Positions 11,631 through 24,720 of a DNA stretch of 64,000 nucleotides are shown piece by piece (positions within the stretch are counted from its first letter, which is position 1; every line of letters begins with the position of its first letter). The notes under the pieces are model-generated. The model was not told where the DNA came from. It did not search any database and was given only the letters and a program-made list of their open reading frames with translations. Position numbers and translations under genes: made by a program. The DNA is from Octopus sinensis (Eukaryota). The stretch spans positions 51,348,464 to 51,412,463 of the forward strand of contig NC_043011.1 of assembly GCF_006345805.1 (NCBI RefSeq), written 5' to 3'.

Positions 11631-12020
11631 ATTTTACTCTTTATCTTTTATTAAACTTTTAACACTTTTGATATATATATATTAAAAAAAAAAAAAAATA
11701 ATTAAAAAAAAAATAAATAAATAGATTAATTAATTAATAAATAAAATAATATATAAATATAAAAATATACATACATACATATATATATATATATTTGTAT
11801 ATATATATAAAATTTATAAGTTTGAATTATTTAAATAATTTTTTTTAAACTTTTATATTTTAAATTCATTTTATGTATCGGCTTATGTTTTTCATGGTTT
11901 GATTTGCCTAATAGTGGTTTTATCTCTAATTTAATATAATATAATATATTTATACTATAAAATTGGATTTAATCCTAAATCTCATTTTTCCCTGTAAGTT
12001 TGGATTTATTTTCTAATATC

Positions 12021-12060
<40 letters not shown>

Positions 12061-12096
12061 AACGTATATATATTAATTAATTATTTTATTATTCTA

Positions 12097-12205
12097 GTTT
12101 ATTTTTAACCTGATGAGTGGCTATATTTATATCAAAGTGATTTTACTACTACTATTAATTTTTTAACTATAATCATTTCTTAAATATAGCCATGAAACAC
12201 ATGTC
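12097..12205 (+). ncRNA. Type I hammerhead motif, intact core, truncated at GUC and flanked by a 9-bp direct repeat
   Basis: CTGATGA (12110-16), 12-bp stem II GTGGCTATATTT/AAATATAGCCAT, GAAAC-ACAT-GTC (12194-12205); attattcta at 12088-96 and 12206-14. Confidence 0.8.
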
Positions 12206-12489
12206 ATTATTCTACCAATTACATATGTTTTTATTACTATTTTTTTTTGCAATTTACTTAATCATCGGTATTTTATTGTTATTTTAATTTTAATATTTCT
12301 ATTATATTAATTTTCAAGATCGTATAATTTAACTGTTCATTTTCAATTGATAAAAGGTGGTTTTTTTCTAATTTCTAAATATATATTATGTGTGAAATTT
12401 GATTTAGTATTTCTAAATTGAATTTTTTTCCCTGTAAGTTAGGATTAATATTCCCTCAAATAATAATTACATATATATATATATATATA

Positions 12490-12690
12490 TATCTTTTACT
12501 CTTTTACTTGTTTCAGCCATTTTGACTGCGGCCATGCTGGAGCACCGCCTTTAGTCAAGCAAATCGACCCCGGGACTTATTCTTTGTAAGCCCAGTACTT
12601 ATTCTATCGGTCTCTTTTGCCAAACCGCTAAGTGACGGGGACGTAAACACACCAGCATTGGTTGTCAAGCAATGCTAGGGGGATAAATAC
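12490..12690 (-). mobile_element. SINE family A, 3' half
   Basis: Reverse-complement tail and body, near consensus. Confidence 0.85.
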
Positions 12691-12699
12691 AGACACACA

Positions 12700-12770
<71 letters not shown>

Positions 12771-12971
12771 CATATATATATATTTGTCATCGTATGCCAG
12801 GCAAACAGCAAGTATCAAAACAATGGTGGGCATATTTATTCTTGATATGCTCCAGCTGATTCAGGTGTGAAGATGCTAATCCCTGTTGTATTTCATCATA
12901 GGGGAACGACTTCATTTTTGAAATGAATATGTGATCATAAAACACTTGATTCATTAATGTAAGGAGATTCT

Positions 12972-13012
12972 GGGACGCCCAGGGTTTTGACACTGTGGTG
13001 TCTCATCAGGTA
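12972..13012 (-). ncRNA. Hammerhead-like core with G12>A
   Basis: CTGATGA-GACAC-CACA-GTGTC-AAAAC-CCTGGGC-GTC: perfect stem II, GAAA>AAAA (CpG-type change), no clear stem I. Confidence 0.5.
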
Positions 13013-13599
13013 AAGGTACATGTATGCATGTACATAAGTGTGTGTGTATGTGTGTATGTGTGTGTGTATGTGTGTATCTATAAATATACATATGCTGAAG
13101 TTGAAAAACCTCATAAACAGTTATTCTGAATTTCACAAAACTGATCATCAAACAGAATAGAACTTTTGGAAGAATACAATGCTTTAAAATGGTGCAGTGA
13201 GAATCATTTGGCAGCTAATCAAATAAACATATAAACTGATTGGACAGGGGGCTGTCATATTTCAAAATAGATGAAATATGTTGGATAAGATGATTGACTA
13301 TCGATGAAAATAATATAAAGGTTATAAACAAATGAAATAAAGTTGAGTAAAATGAAATGTTACGGTTGATGGAGGAAAATAGTTATAACAATAACTATGT
13401 TTTGAAATATTTTTTTTTATTAATACCATTTACTTTTTTTTTTTTTTGTTGATATTTGAGAACTATTTTCTCCAACAGGTTTTGCACTTTTCTGCTACAT
13501 GTATGTGTGTGTGCGTGCATGTGTGTGTGTGTGTGTGTGTGCACATGTGCATGCATGCATGTGTGTGTATGTGTATGTATAAAATTATCCTATCAGTCA

Positions 13600-14070
13600 C
13601 TACTGGAAAACCACTAAGCTACAGAGATGTAAACTAACCCACACAAACTGTCAAGTGGTGAGTGACGGGGAGACACACACACACACACTTACACACACAC
13701 ACACACACAAAGAGGTTCTTTTCAGTTTTATCAACCAAATCCACTCACGAGGCTTTAGACAACCTGGGGATGTAGTAGAAGACACTTTCCCAAAGTCTCT
13801 TTCACCAAACAGCTAAGTTTCGGGGATGTAAATACACCAACACGGGTTGTCAAGTGGCGTTGGTGGGGAGACAAACAGAGACCAAATCATATACTCATAC
13901 ATATAAATAAATGACAGGCTTCTTTCAGTTTCTGTCTACCAAATCCACCCACAAAGCTTTGGTTAGCTCAAATTCATAGTAGAAGACACTTTTGCTCAAG
14001 GTACCATGCGTTGGGACTGAACCTGGAACCATCTTGTTGGGAAGCAAGCTTCTTACCACACACCCACATC
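13600..14070 (-). mobile_element. Two overlapping or partial SINE family A copies
   Basis: Two ccaaatccac..caaggcttt segments; the second continues into a head. Confidence 0.75.
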
Positions 14071-14389
14071 ATATTAGAACATCATCCTTAACGTTGTGCT
14101 TTTTTGTTCATATATTGAGATTGCATTAAGATATATTTTGATTTGTATCTCGAGAAATTCCTTTTAATATTTGTGTTTGTGTGTACGCACGCACACACAC
14201 ACACACATGAACACACACACACACACACACACACCTCTTTTTAAGAATAGCCAGCAGTCATCTTCTCGACCAATGTGACAATGTGCTGAGAAGCTGCTTT
14301 ATAGTAGACAATTCTAAATATTTCAGTGACCTTTTACAATTCTCACCTAAAAGTACACTGTTTTATGTAATCAATAGGTAATTGTATTA

Positions 14390-15420
14390 CACTGCAGTCA
14401 CAGCTTGTTGCTCTAGATATCTGCTGTTACAGTGCAGTAGTAGCTATCTATCTGTACAAGGTGTCTTTTGCTGCTATCTCTGCAGTACAGTAGCTATAAC
14501 TATAGTGCAGTAGAGACTGTTTGCACAGAGCAGTAGCTACCTGAACAATACAGCAGATACTTGATGCTAGGAGGTAACATCTGTACAGTAGAGTTCAGTA
14601 GCAGTTGTATGTCTGTAACTAGCACCTCTACTGTACAATAACTACCTGTACTGTACAGTATATGTCCATACAAATACAGTAGCTACCTATAAAAATTTGT
14701 ATTGCATATTTAGTGTATGAAGCTACCTGTACAGTACAGTTTATGTTTGGCTGTTTGTACAGTACAGTAAATGGGTATCTGCAGCTATCAGTACAGTATG
14801 GGTTTGTCTCTGTTGGTACAGTAGCTGTTGACTGTACAGTACAAATAGACATCGGTACTGTACAATCAATGTATGAAGCTATTTGCACAGTATTGTGGAT
14901 GTCTCTAGCTACTTATACCAGCTATTTATACCTTTCTCTACAGTATAGTACAGTATTTGTCTGTATATCATTCTACACTACAGGAGATGACCGTACCTCT
15001 GTGGAGGCACATGGCCTAGTGGTTAAAGCAGCGGACTCGTGGTCGAGGGATCGCAGGTTCGAATCTCAGACCGGGCAATGTGTATGTTTATGAGCGAAAC
15101 ACCTAAGCTCCATGTGGCTCCAGCAGAAGATAATGGCGAACTTCTGCTGACTCTTTCGCCACAACTTTCTCTCATTCTTTTCTCCTGCATCTTGCAGCTC
15201 ACCTGCGACGGACTGGTATCCCATCCAGGTGGGGAACCTATATGCCAAGGAAACCGGGAAACCGGCCCTTATGAGCCAGGCATGGCTTGAGAAGGAACAA
15301 ACAAAAGATGACCATACAGTACAGTAGGTATATCTAACTAATATCTGCAGTACAAAAGTAGAAACTGGACAGTGCAGTTAACTATCTGTAACTATTATAC
15401 AGTACAAGAGGTGTTTGTAT
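14390..15420. repeat. Degenerate TACAG/CTGTA-rich satellite, interrupted by a SINE
   Basis: Dense recurrence of tacagta and ctgtacag on both sides of 14997-15305. Confidence 0.7.
14997..15305 (+). mobile_element. tRNA-derived SINE family C, full length with TSD
   Basis: A box tggcctagtgg, B box ggttcgaatct, gcgacggactgg..cccatccagg block; flanked by agatgacc(g/a)tac at 14985-96 and 15306-17. Confidence 0.85.
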
Positions 15421-16541
15421 CTGTTGGTAGTGTATGTCATGCATTAAAGAGTAATCTAGCACCCTGTCTTTTTGCAAGAAAAAATGCTGCTCAGCTATTA
15501 ATAAGCTATGAATATATTACCATCATTGTCATGCGGATTATGACGATTATGATGCTTATATCACTCACACCAACATTTCCAACACATCACCTTACTATGA
15601 ACATCAGATCCATTATGGTCTTATACTTTGCTAATGGTTGTAGATAAGGTAATAGCAGAGGTAACATAGTTGTGTTGGTGAAAGATAGTCATCATTGATT
15701 ACATGTTTATAACAAGGCCAATCACTGGTTCACTGCATTTCTGAAACAGCCACAGTGTCCAGGGAGTATACACACATGATATTGAAGGCATGACTGAGTT
15801 TAATCTTTTTGGGGTATTGAATATTTTTTTCATACTTCCTTATTAGTTCTCCCTGATTAGTTCGGAACAAAAACATCTCAAGTCTATTAATGTTCCAAGA
15901 CCATCCCCTTCCCAGAATTATCTTCTGAATGAAGCAATAATGGTGATACTATTATTGCTGCATTTTGCAGCAGGCAGCAAGGGATCATAGAAATAATGTT
16001 GTAACTGACTAAATCATCATCGCCAGACCTAACGCTGTTTAATGAATAACTTTCATAGTTTATTCCACAGGTGTAGTGCCTGTGATTTGATTTCTGCTTC
16101 TATTTTTTTTTTTGCTATTTGTAAAGCTTTTCTCTTGTTTTTATATTGATCTCAGCACTTCACTTGTTCTTATTTTATCAATTCCAGAATTATGGTGGTG
16201 GTGGTGGGGGTAAAAATACTGAACTCAGGACATAAAAAAAGATAGAACTAAGATGTTCTTTTGAAATATACATAAGAAAACGAAAGAAGCAAACAAATGC
16301 TACTCCCCCCCACCAATTCCTTAGCATACCAGTAGAGACAATGTTCATATAAGGAGATGGACATGTTCTGGAATATTAAACAAATGGTCAAGAGTAAACT
16401 AGTTAAGGTGGTAGTGTTTGTGGTAGTGGTCATGTCGTGTTGGTAGAAGTGGTAGTGTTTGTAGTGATGGTGAAGGTGGTACTAATAGTAGTGGTAGTTA
16501 CTTTGGTGAGAGGGATGTAGGTGGTGATAATGGTAGTCTTT

Positions 16542-16573
<32 letters not shown>

Positions 16574-18750
16574 ATGACAGTAGTGGTGATGTTAATGCTA
16601 TTATTGATAGTAATTGGATTGTTTTAGTGGTGGTGGTGGTGGTGATGTTAGTGGTAGCTGTGATAGTGATGATGATGGTTATAACAGTAGGAGGTGTAGT
16701 AGTAGTAGTAGTGGTGATGTTGCTGTGATTAAGAGATAGCAGGATGGTGGTGGTGGTGATGGTGGTGAGGGAGAATGCATCAAGTGACCAACAGCACTGA
16801 CTTAATGGCGGTCATAAATTATAACCTCATTTACCATTGCTACTTCTTCAGACCTCGCTGCTGATATAGTTGTTCTTACTACTGTTACCAATTTTGTGGT
16901 TGTTGTTGTAGAATACCAAAGCCAAAATTAGTGAGTTCTTGAGGGAATAGACTGCTGACACTTTGGATAACCATATGGATTTATAGCTGGTTCTGAAGTA
17001 GATGGGTTGGGTCAGTTTGTGTTGTCCAAGTGATGGTGGTGCATACCAATTAGATAGCTGGCAGCCGGGCTGGTCAGTTGGTTGGTTGGTTGGTGGGTTG
17101 GTTGACTGGTTGGCTGGCAGGCTGGTAGGTTGGTTGGTTGTTTGGCTAGCTGGGAGTATGGCTCAATGGCTGGGCTTGTAGACATATTCCTTCCTCATGG
17201 ACAGTTTGTTTATTATTATCTGAACACCACAGAATATCTCTGTCTTTGTTGTTTAGCCCCTGGCCAACCTGATTGAATGAGTTGATTTATGATCATACAC
17301 ATCTCACCTGTGACCTTCTTGCCTTTTTTTTTTTTCTGAGATAATGTATCAAATTTCTCCCAAATCACACCTCTTTTAAGACTGTAGGGCAATCATAGGC
17401 AAATTGTGGCTTGTGGGACTTTGTGGATGGTACTCCTAATGAAAAATCATCTTGAATTCTTTTTTAAGTTGTGTGGCCCATCTAATGATGAGCCTTGTCT
17501 CCTGTGACCCACCTCTCAAAAAAGGTTATCCATGCCTGCTGTAGGGCATGATTTGAGAGAGATTTTACTGCTATTTCTAGCAGGTCAAATATCCATGTAA
17601 AAGCTCTTTTGGTAGCCTGTATGACCTAGTAAAGGTTCTGCCCTACAAGTGAGATGCCTGAGTGGATTAAGTAGAGGACAACTTCTTTATGGATCGTGAG
17701 TTCAAATCTACATCAGGAATTTCGTTGTGTTTTAGAAAAGAAAATAAAATCCATTTTATTCTATTATTCATTGCTGAAGTTCACCCAAATTTTGTAAAAG
17801 TGAATAAATAGCAGATTATCTGGGAACAGATCAATAGGGGTAATCTATCATCCATAGATACAATGGAAGACACAAATGGAAAACAATACAAACAAAATAC
17901 ATATATATGGATATGTTCATTCCCAGTCTCAGTGAGGTATCATACATAAGAGGGGATATGTACCCTAGATTTCACAGTGTTATATAATAAGGGTAAGAAC
18001 ATGTGTCTATCAGCAGGTTTATCTATGGGGTGGGGTTCAATTTAGCCGTGTTCAAACTGCAAAAACTATGTCAGTTACTTAGTGTTCTGTGCTGCTTATA
18101 ATTGTACAATATACCTCCACATGATATCTATACACACATCTAAATGGACTGCATATCTCCATGGTATTTCCTACCCCTCCTCCAGACTGCCACTACCGCC
18201 GTCACCGCCGCCACCACGACCACGACCACGACCACTAACAACAACAACATAACCCACTTCCTCCTCCTTCTGTGTGTTGTAAACCATCAAAGGCCACTGA
18301 CATCTTGCAGTTGCAAAAATGTCAAGGGCCTTTGATAGTTCTCAGTATCTGCAAGTTGCCTCTCTGCAGTTAACAAACATTTTCAGTTAAATAGGTTGGA
18401 ACAACGTGAAATGAAGTGCCTTGCTCAAGGACATAATGTGCCACTTGGTCTAGGAATGAAATCATTTAAATTTACTGTTGTGAATCTAACAGCTTAACCA
18501 CTGGGCTATGCCTTTTCATGTATGGCATATATTTATAATTAAACTGATTGTATCATTCCATGGTACTGATGCACAATCAGTTAAACTGTAATATTTTAAA
18601 GTTCCTATTCACAGCTATGATGACTGTGTATTCACATGATACTTATATAAAAAGGTGGACCAAACCATCACATCAACCTTTGGACTGTACTAATCCTACC
18701 AACGTTCTAATTCAAAGCTAACGGAACTCATTATACTCTAACTTGTTAAT

Positions 18751-18948
18751 TAAAAACTTAACAAGTAACATTTCAGCAAGTGCCATAACTTAGCAAGTAC
18801 TAACATAACAAGTATGAATTAAGCAAGTTGCCACTTTCGGCAAGTGCCCAACTCAGTAAGCCCAGTCAAAATAGCAAGTGCTTCAAATCAGTAAGTGCTT
18901 GCTTGCTAAGTTGTGGCACTTGCTGAAGTGTTACCTGTTGAGTTTTTA
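18751..18948. repeat. Fold-back element: 47-bp inverted arms (43/47) around GCAAGT-rich core
   Basis: taaaaacttaacaagtaacatttcagcaagtgccataacttagcaag vs cttgctaagttgtggcacttgctgaagtgttacctgttgagttttta. Confidence 0.85.
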
Positions 18949-19129
18949 TTTGCTGAGTTGTAGCGCTCCCTAGGAAACTGTACTTTTCAATGGTCCCTAC
19001 ATACAGCCAAATGGAGTGAGCCTGAAAGTGACATGCATCTTTGCTAGTGGCACAGCAAAGCACCTGAGTCAACTCTTGAACCAGCGAGCTGTCAGACAAT
19101 AAGTCAATAATCTAATAACTCTCTCGATC

Positions 19130-19515
19130 TTTTATCTTTCACCCATGTCACTCACTGGACTGTGGCCATGCTGGAGCACCACCTTGAATGGATTAAATCA
19201 AGCGATTGACCCAATACTTATTTTTTTAAAGCCTGGTACATATTCAATTGATCTCTTTTGAAAAACCACTAAGTTACAGGCATGTAAACAAGCCAACACC
19301 ATTTGTGAAGTGGTGGCAGTGGGAGCTGGGCAGATAAGATGCAAAGACACACACACACACACACACACATCAAGTTTCTTTCAGTTTCTGTTGAGCAAAT
19401 CCATTCAAGACTTTGGTTGGCACGAACCCATCGTAGAAAGACACTTTGCCAAGGTACCATGCAGAGTGACTGAATCCAAGGCCAGATGGTTGGGAAGCAA
19501 GCTTCTTAACCACAC
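19130..19515 (-). mobile_element. SINE family A, diverged
   Basis: Tail, body and head in reverse complement. Confidence 0.8.
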
Positions 19516-20684
19516 TTAATTCTAAGTGAAATCCAAACGATGAAGGTCAAAGTGTTTTTAAAGTGAAGAGAAGAAACACGAATAATATTTACTCAGAGTG
19601 GAACGAGCATAAACATGTAGAAAATGTAATTATTAAGTAAACAAGAAAACCTCTCCTCTCATCCTCTCTCACATTACCATCGCAATGTCTAGGCTCTCAG
19701 CATGGTTAATTTAGTTCGTTAATAATTATAGGCTGCACTAATTAATGTCAGTGTTGTTTCTTCACATTTCAAATTGAATTAACTTCATGTTACTAATGAA
19801 CTACAATGGAATTAATATATGAATGCTTTTTTTTTTCCTTAGAAAAGAATCTAAGAACATAGAGGAGAGAATGAAAGAGGATAAATATACATACATGCTT
19901 ATGTATATATATATATGTCAGTGTATGTGTGAGAGTGTGTATAATATATATATATATGTATATGCATACACACACATCATCTTCTTTACATTCATTTTTC
20001 TATTCTGTTATGGGTTGGATGGGACATTTTAAGACAGTGTTTTTGGTGAGATGCTCCTTCTGATGCTAACCTTTTAGTTGCTCATTACATACAGGAATAC
20101 AATGTACCTTCTTCAAAAAATCAAGATGTGTGTGTATTGTATGTGTGAGAGAAGAGAGGAGAGAGAGAAAAAGAAGTAAGTGAAGTACTATATAGTATTG
20201 AGCTAAGCAAAAATGTAAGATAGACTTATAAAGTATTCTTAGTAAACAGATTGTGATTAGATCACAAGTTTTTCTTTTTGGAGCCAGAACAAAAGAGTGA
20301 TCTAATTAGTTTCAGTATTTAGTAAAGCTTCATCAGAAATTGGTTACCAATTCTTGGTCATAGAGAGGATAGTAGCTTATAGCTATTATAGCTATTTATG
20401 GTATGTGCACACTTGGACAGAACTAAATTTTTAATTTATACAACAGTGCAAACACTGGCTACACAAATTAATTAATTAATAAAAATACTATATAGTAGTG
20501 GGATAAGACAAAATGAAAGATAAATTTACAAATGTGTGCTTTTAGTAAACAAAAAATCTGTGGCGTAAACATAGTAAATCATTTTTCTTATCAAGGCTAA
20601 ATTTGATAAAATAAAATACAATAGTTTGGCAGTGGTTTAAGTTGATCTTAACTATAACCACTGCCAATATTTGAGTCAAGGAAG

Positions 20685-20900
20685 GCAGCAGACTAGTAGA
20701 ATTGTTAGCACACCAGGCAAAATGCTTTTTGTTTGTCTTTATGTTTTGAGTTCAAATTTCACTGAGGTTGACTTTGCCTTCCATCTTTACAGGGTTGATA
20801 AAACAAGTACCAGTTGAACACTGGGGTTGATGTAATCAACTTACTTCCCCCCCCAAAAAAAATTGGTGGCCTTGTGCCAAAATTTGAAATCAATATTTGA
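20685..20900 (+). mobile_element. SINE family B
   Basis: gcagaattgttagcac head and ttgactttgccttccatc..ggttgataaaacaagtaccagttg block. Confidence 0.75.
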
Positions 20901-21836
20901 GTCAAGACTTTGTAGCTATGTCAGAAATCAATTGTACATGATATCAGACAGTATATAATAGCATCTATTGAGTCTTGCTATATGATACCACACAGTATAA
21001 AGATAGAGACTCCTTGTGGTCACTCAACCTCTAGAAATAGCAGCTGAAACCCTCAAATCTTTTCTTGCCATTAAAAAGGGAAAAACGAAAAAGACACATT
21101 GAATGATGTGGTTTTAGATTCAAATGCATGAATAAAATATGTGATGGTCATGATTGGAATGCATTTGATCATAGATGCACATGATCAGGTTAAACAGCAG
21201 CAGCCCCACCCCACCCAACAACAGCAGCAGCATTTGGAAACTCTTCCTACTACTAACAATTTAACTGCAAATTAGAAGTGGGACTAGTTTGTCAGGTAAA
21301 CAAGACAAGCAGAGCTACTGGTCTTCAAAAGGGATATACACACAAATGATGTAATAAATGGTATAGCCATTATAACCAATGCTGACCATTAGAACATTTT
21401 GCTATCACCAACCAAAAGAGTGCAGAGTTGTTTATTTATCCAACCAATAGAAAACAGTTTTAACTGAATGGCTTGTAACAATGTCAGTTTTACATATCTC
21501 ACAAACTAACAGGAAAAAAAAAAAATTGAGTTACTCATACATATTTAACAAGTGTGGCTTGCTTAGCTGATAAAAAAATTTTTTTTTTTAATAAAATTGG
21601 CAATGTTGTTTACGTGAATGACAATAATAGATAAACAATATTTGACTGATCAATAGATATTTAATGTAAGACAGTGTTGTTGATTGATTTAACTGACCAA
21701 CAGACCAATATTATTTCAAAGAACAATAAAGGAATTTTTGGAAAACAATGTCGTCTGTCCCTGATCGAACAGATCTATAATCAAAAGAATTCCAGCTGTG
21801 ACCATCTCGTCTTTTTACCTCAGTATCTCTAGGAGT

Positions 21837-22062
21837 GTGGAGGCACGTGGCTTAGTGGTTAAGGTGTCAGAACCATGACCGAAAGATTGTGGTTTCGATT
21901 CCTGGACCGGGTGACACGTGTTCTTGAGCAAAACACTTCATTTCATGTTGCTCCAGTCCACTCAGCTGGCAAAAATGAGTAATGCTGCGTTGGACTGGAA
22001 TACAGTCCAGCTGGGGAACACATACGCCATAGAAGCCTGGCTAGGCTTTAAAAGGGCACATT
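21837..22062 (+). mobile_element. tRNA-derived SINE family C variant (CORE-like central block)
   Basis: A box tggcttagtgg, B box gtttcgattcc, then gtgttcttgagcaaaacacttcatttcatgttgctccagtccactcagctgg; homologous to 49694-49945. Confidence 0.8.
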
Positions 22063-23491
22063 CTTTAATTATTTTTATCTCTAGGCGTATATTATTCAGT
22101 GTATCCTTCCACTTTAAAGGTGATAAAGTGTGATATGAGGGAGATTTGGCTGCTATTTCTAGCTGACCAAACAACTAAGTAGAGGCTTTTGCATTGGCAT
22201 GTAAAACAACATTGTATATTCAGAAGGCCTTTATTTCTTTAAGCGATCAGTCAAAATTTTTGAGTGTTATTTACTTAATGCAGTGGCAATATTTCAGTAA
22301 TCAATCAGTATTTAACAAAGACCTCTTCAGCTAACTCAGCCAACATAATGAAACTGCCTTATTTACTTAGTTGGTCAACGGAAAACGACAGCAACAACAA
22401 TATTCATTGAATAACCGATAATATATTTTTAACAAAAAATGGCAATAAACAATCTTCAACTGACTAACGAGATTTCACATCAAATGAAAATTATTTTCAA
22501 TGACCAAGCAACACTGTTTTGATCTTTAACACTATCGGTCATTTAGAAAGCTGAAATTTGAAAGGGGTCGTTGAAAAGAAGAAGAAGAAGAAAAAGAAGG
22601 AGAGAAACAGCAGATGAAGAAATCTAGTTAGCATAAGAAAGGGAGTAAACCAAGCCACAAGATTGCAGTAAACAGTATTCTAAGATACCCTTAATGTCTT
22701 GTTATAAATTTACACTCTCTAATGACTTTAGTGATTTCCCTGTAGTTATTTTGAGATGTGTTCTTTCTCATATAGGAAATTCCATCCTTCAAGGCAGAAT
22801 ATTGATTATCTGTTGGGAATTGAGAGCAGAAGACACAATATCAAAATGGCTTCTTTGATAACAGAAATAACAAATGTTTCACTCTTTAGTCTTTGAAGTC
22901 TTCTTCTTGATTTCATTAATGTTTGCTTTGTCTCTATTTTCATTAAAGAAGAGTTCTACATAAAGGTTAATTATTAAACTATCAGATTTCACTACATTTG
23001 GCTTTGACACAACTCACCTCCATATATGAAGGTTATACCAGTTATGTGTTTGCATATGTGTGTAGGTATAACTTTATACACAAACACACACATAAATATA
23101 TATGTGTATATCAACTCTGCTACACATGTACTTTATATATGAATATATGTATGTGTGTAATAAAAATGGGCTGTATTAGTGTTCACGATTATATAAGTCA
23201 ATAAAAACCACTAGGAGCCTTTTAAATTGCAAGTGGGTGAGTGTTTAGCCCTGGTTTCATGGGGTTAATTATATATAAAATAATAGACACATACACACAT
23301 TTTAGAGTAGAATTAATGTATATAGTAGGTACCTTTGTAAGTGCTACTCATAGGTTCACATTATACACATTTAGTAAAGCAATGAAAAATTGTTTGTTGC
23401 CTAAGAAATGGCTATGAGTATAACACGAAACTCCAAGTACCAACATCAGACACGTATACACACGTCTTCCTACTCCTCCTCCATTTATATA

Positions 23492-23945
23492 TTTTAAAAT
23501 CCATATTTTACTCTTTTACTTGTTTCAGTCATCTGACTGTGGCCATGCTGGAGCACCGCCCTTAGTCGAGCGGGGTGTAAGTTTGTATATTTGTACACAT
23601 GCACATACACACACACACAAACAAACAAAAATGTGTAGAAATATTTTACTCTTTTAAAATCCATATTTACTCTTTTACCCGTTTCAGTCATCTGACTGTG
23701 GCCATGCTAGAGCACCACCCTTAGTCGAGCAGGGTGTATGTTGGTATATTTATACACACGCACTTACACACACACACAAACAAACAAAAATGAGTAGAAA
23801 TATTTTACTCTTTTAAAATCCATATTTACTCTTTTACTTGTTTCAGTCATTTGACTGTGATCATGCTGGAGCACCGCCTTTAGTCGAGCAAATCAACCCC
23901 AGGACTTATTCTTTGGAAGAAGCCTAGTACTTATTCTATCGGTCT
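23492..23945. repeat. ~160-bp tandem triplication of a SINE A tail plus captured segment
   Basis: ttttaaaatccatattt starts at 23492, 23652 and 23811. Confidence 0.85.
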
Positions 23946-23966
23946 GTTAGCATAAGAAAGCATAAG

Positions 23967-24011
<45 letters not shown>

Positions 24012-24720
24012 TTGGAACGGTGATATCCCAGCATGACTGCAGCTTTGAAGCTGAAACAATTTAAAGATTTAAAGATGTATGTATGTATGTATGTATATAT
24101 ATATGTGTGTGTGTGTGTGTAATGTATTACATATATATCCATTCATACACATATATGTGTGTGTGTGTGTGTGCATAGATATGTTTGAGTACATGCATGT
24201 TACATATGTGTGTATGTTACTGACAATGCATACAAAGTTTTATCTATAGGATAGCTGTCTCTTAACATATGCAAATGACATATTTACAATTCCAGCAATA
24301 TTTATACAATTTATTTATTTATTTATTTAAAATAGAAATAACATTACTTGTCTAAATGAAACACAAAAGACACATATGCTCATTCACATACACACAATCA
24401 CTCACTACCCACCTCTCTCTTTCTCTCTGTATATATATATATATATATATATACGTACACACACAAGTACGTACACATACATGTATACATACATACATAC
24501 ATACAAACAAAAGTATAAAAATTTCTGTTGGTTTCAATGATGATTATTCCAGTTGTTCAATTAACCGAACTACTAACTCACTGAATTAGCATGCAAAGTG
24601 GTTGAATATTCCACAGAGATGTTCATCCTTAACCCTTTAGCACTCAGATTACCCTGTCAAATGCAATGCTTATTCGTTCACATTGTTTTCCACTAATCAT
24701 ACATTATCTCGTAGCTTCAA

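Noticed and set aside
10800-12470. Possible mitochondrial insertion (very AT-rich)
   Set aside because: I could not recognise any mt rRNA, tRNA or protein motif, and the HHR motifs explain it better; needs BLAST to exclude formally.
14997-15075. SINE heads as tRNA genes (also 21837, 49694 and family A heads)
   Set aside because: A/B boxes are present but there is no complete cloverleaf and each continues into a SINE body.
18866-19099. 77-aa minus-strand ORF as an extra POU6 exon
   Set aside because: Overlaps the fold-back repeat; no convincing splice sites.
20299-20336. Minus-strand CTGATGA..GAAAC-TAATTA-G motif
   Set aside because: Stem II pairs poorly, there is no GUH triplet and no stem I; compatible with chance.
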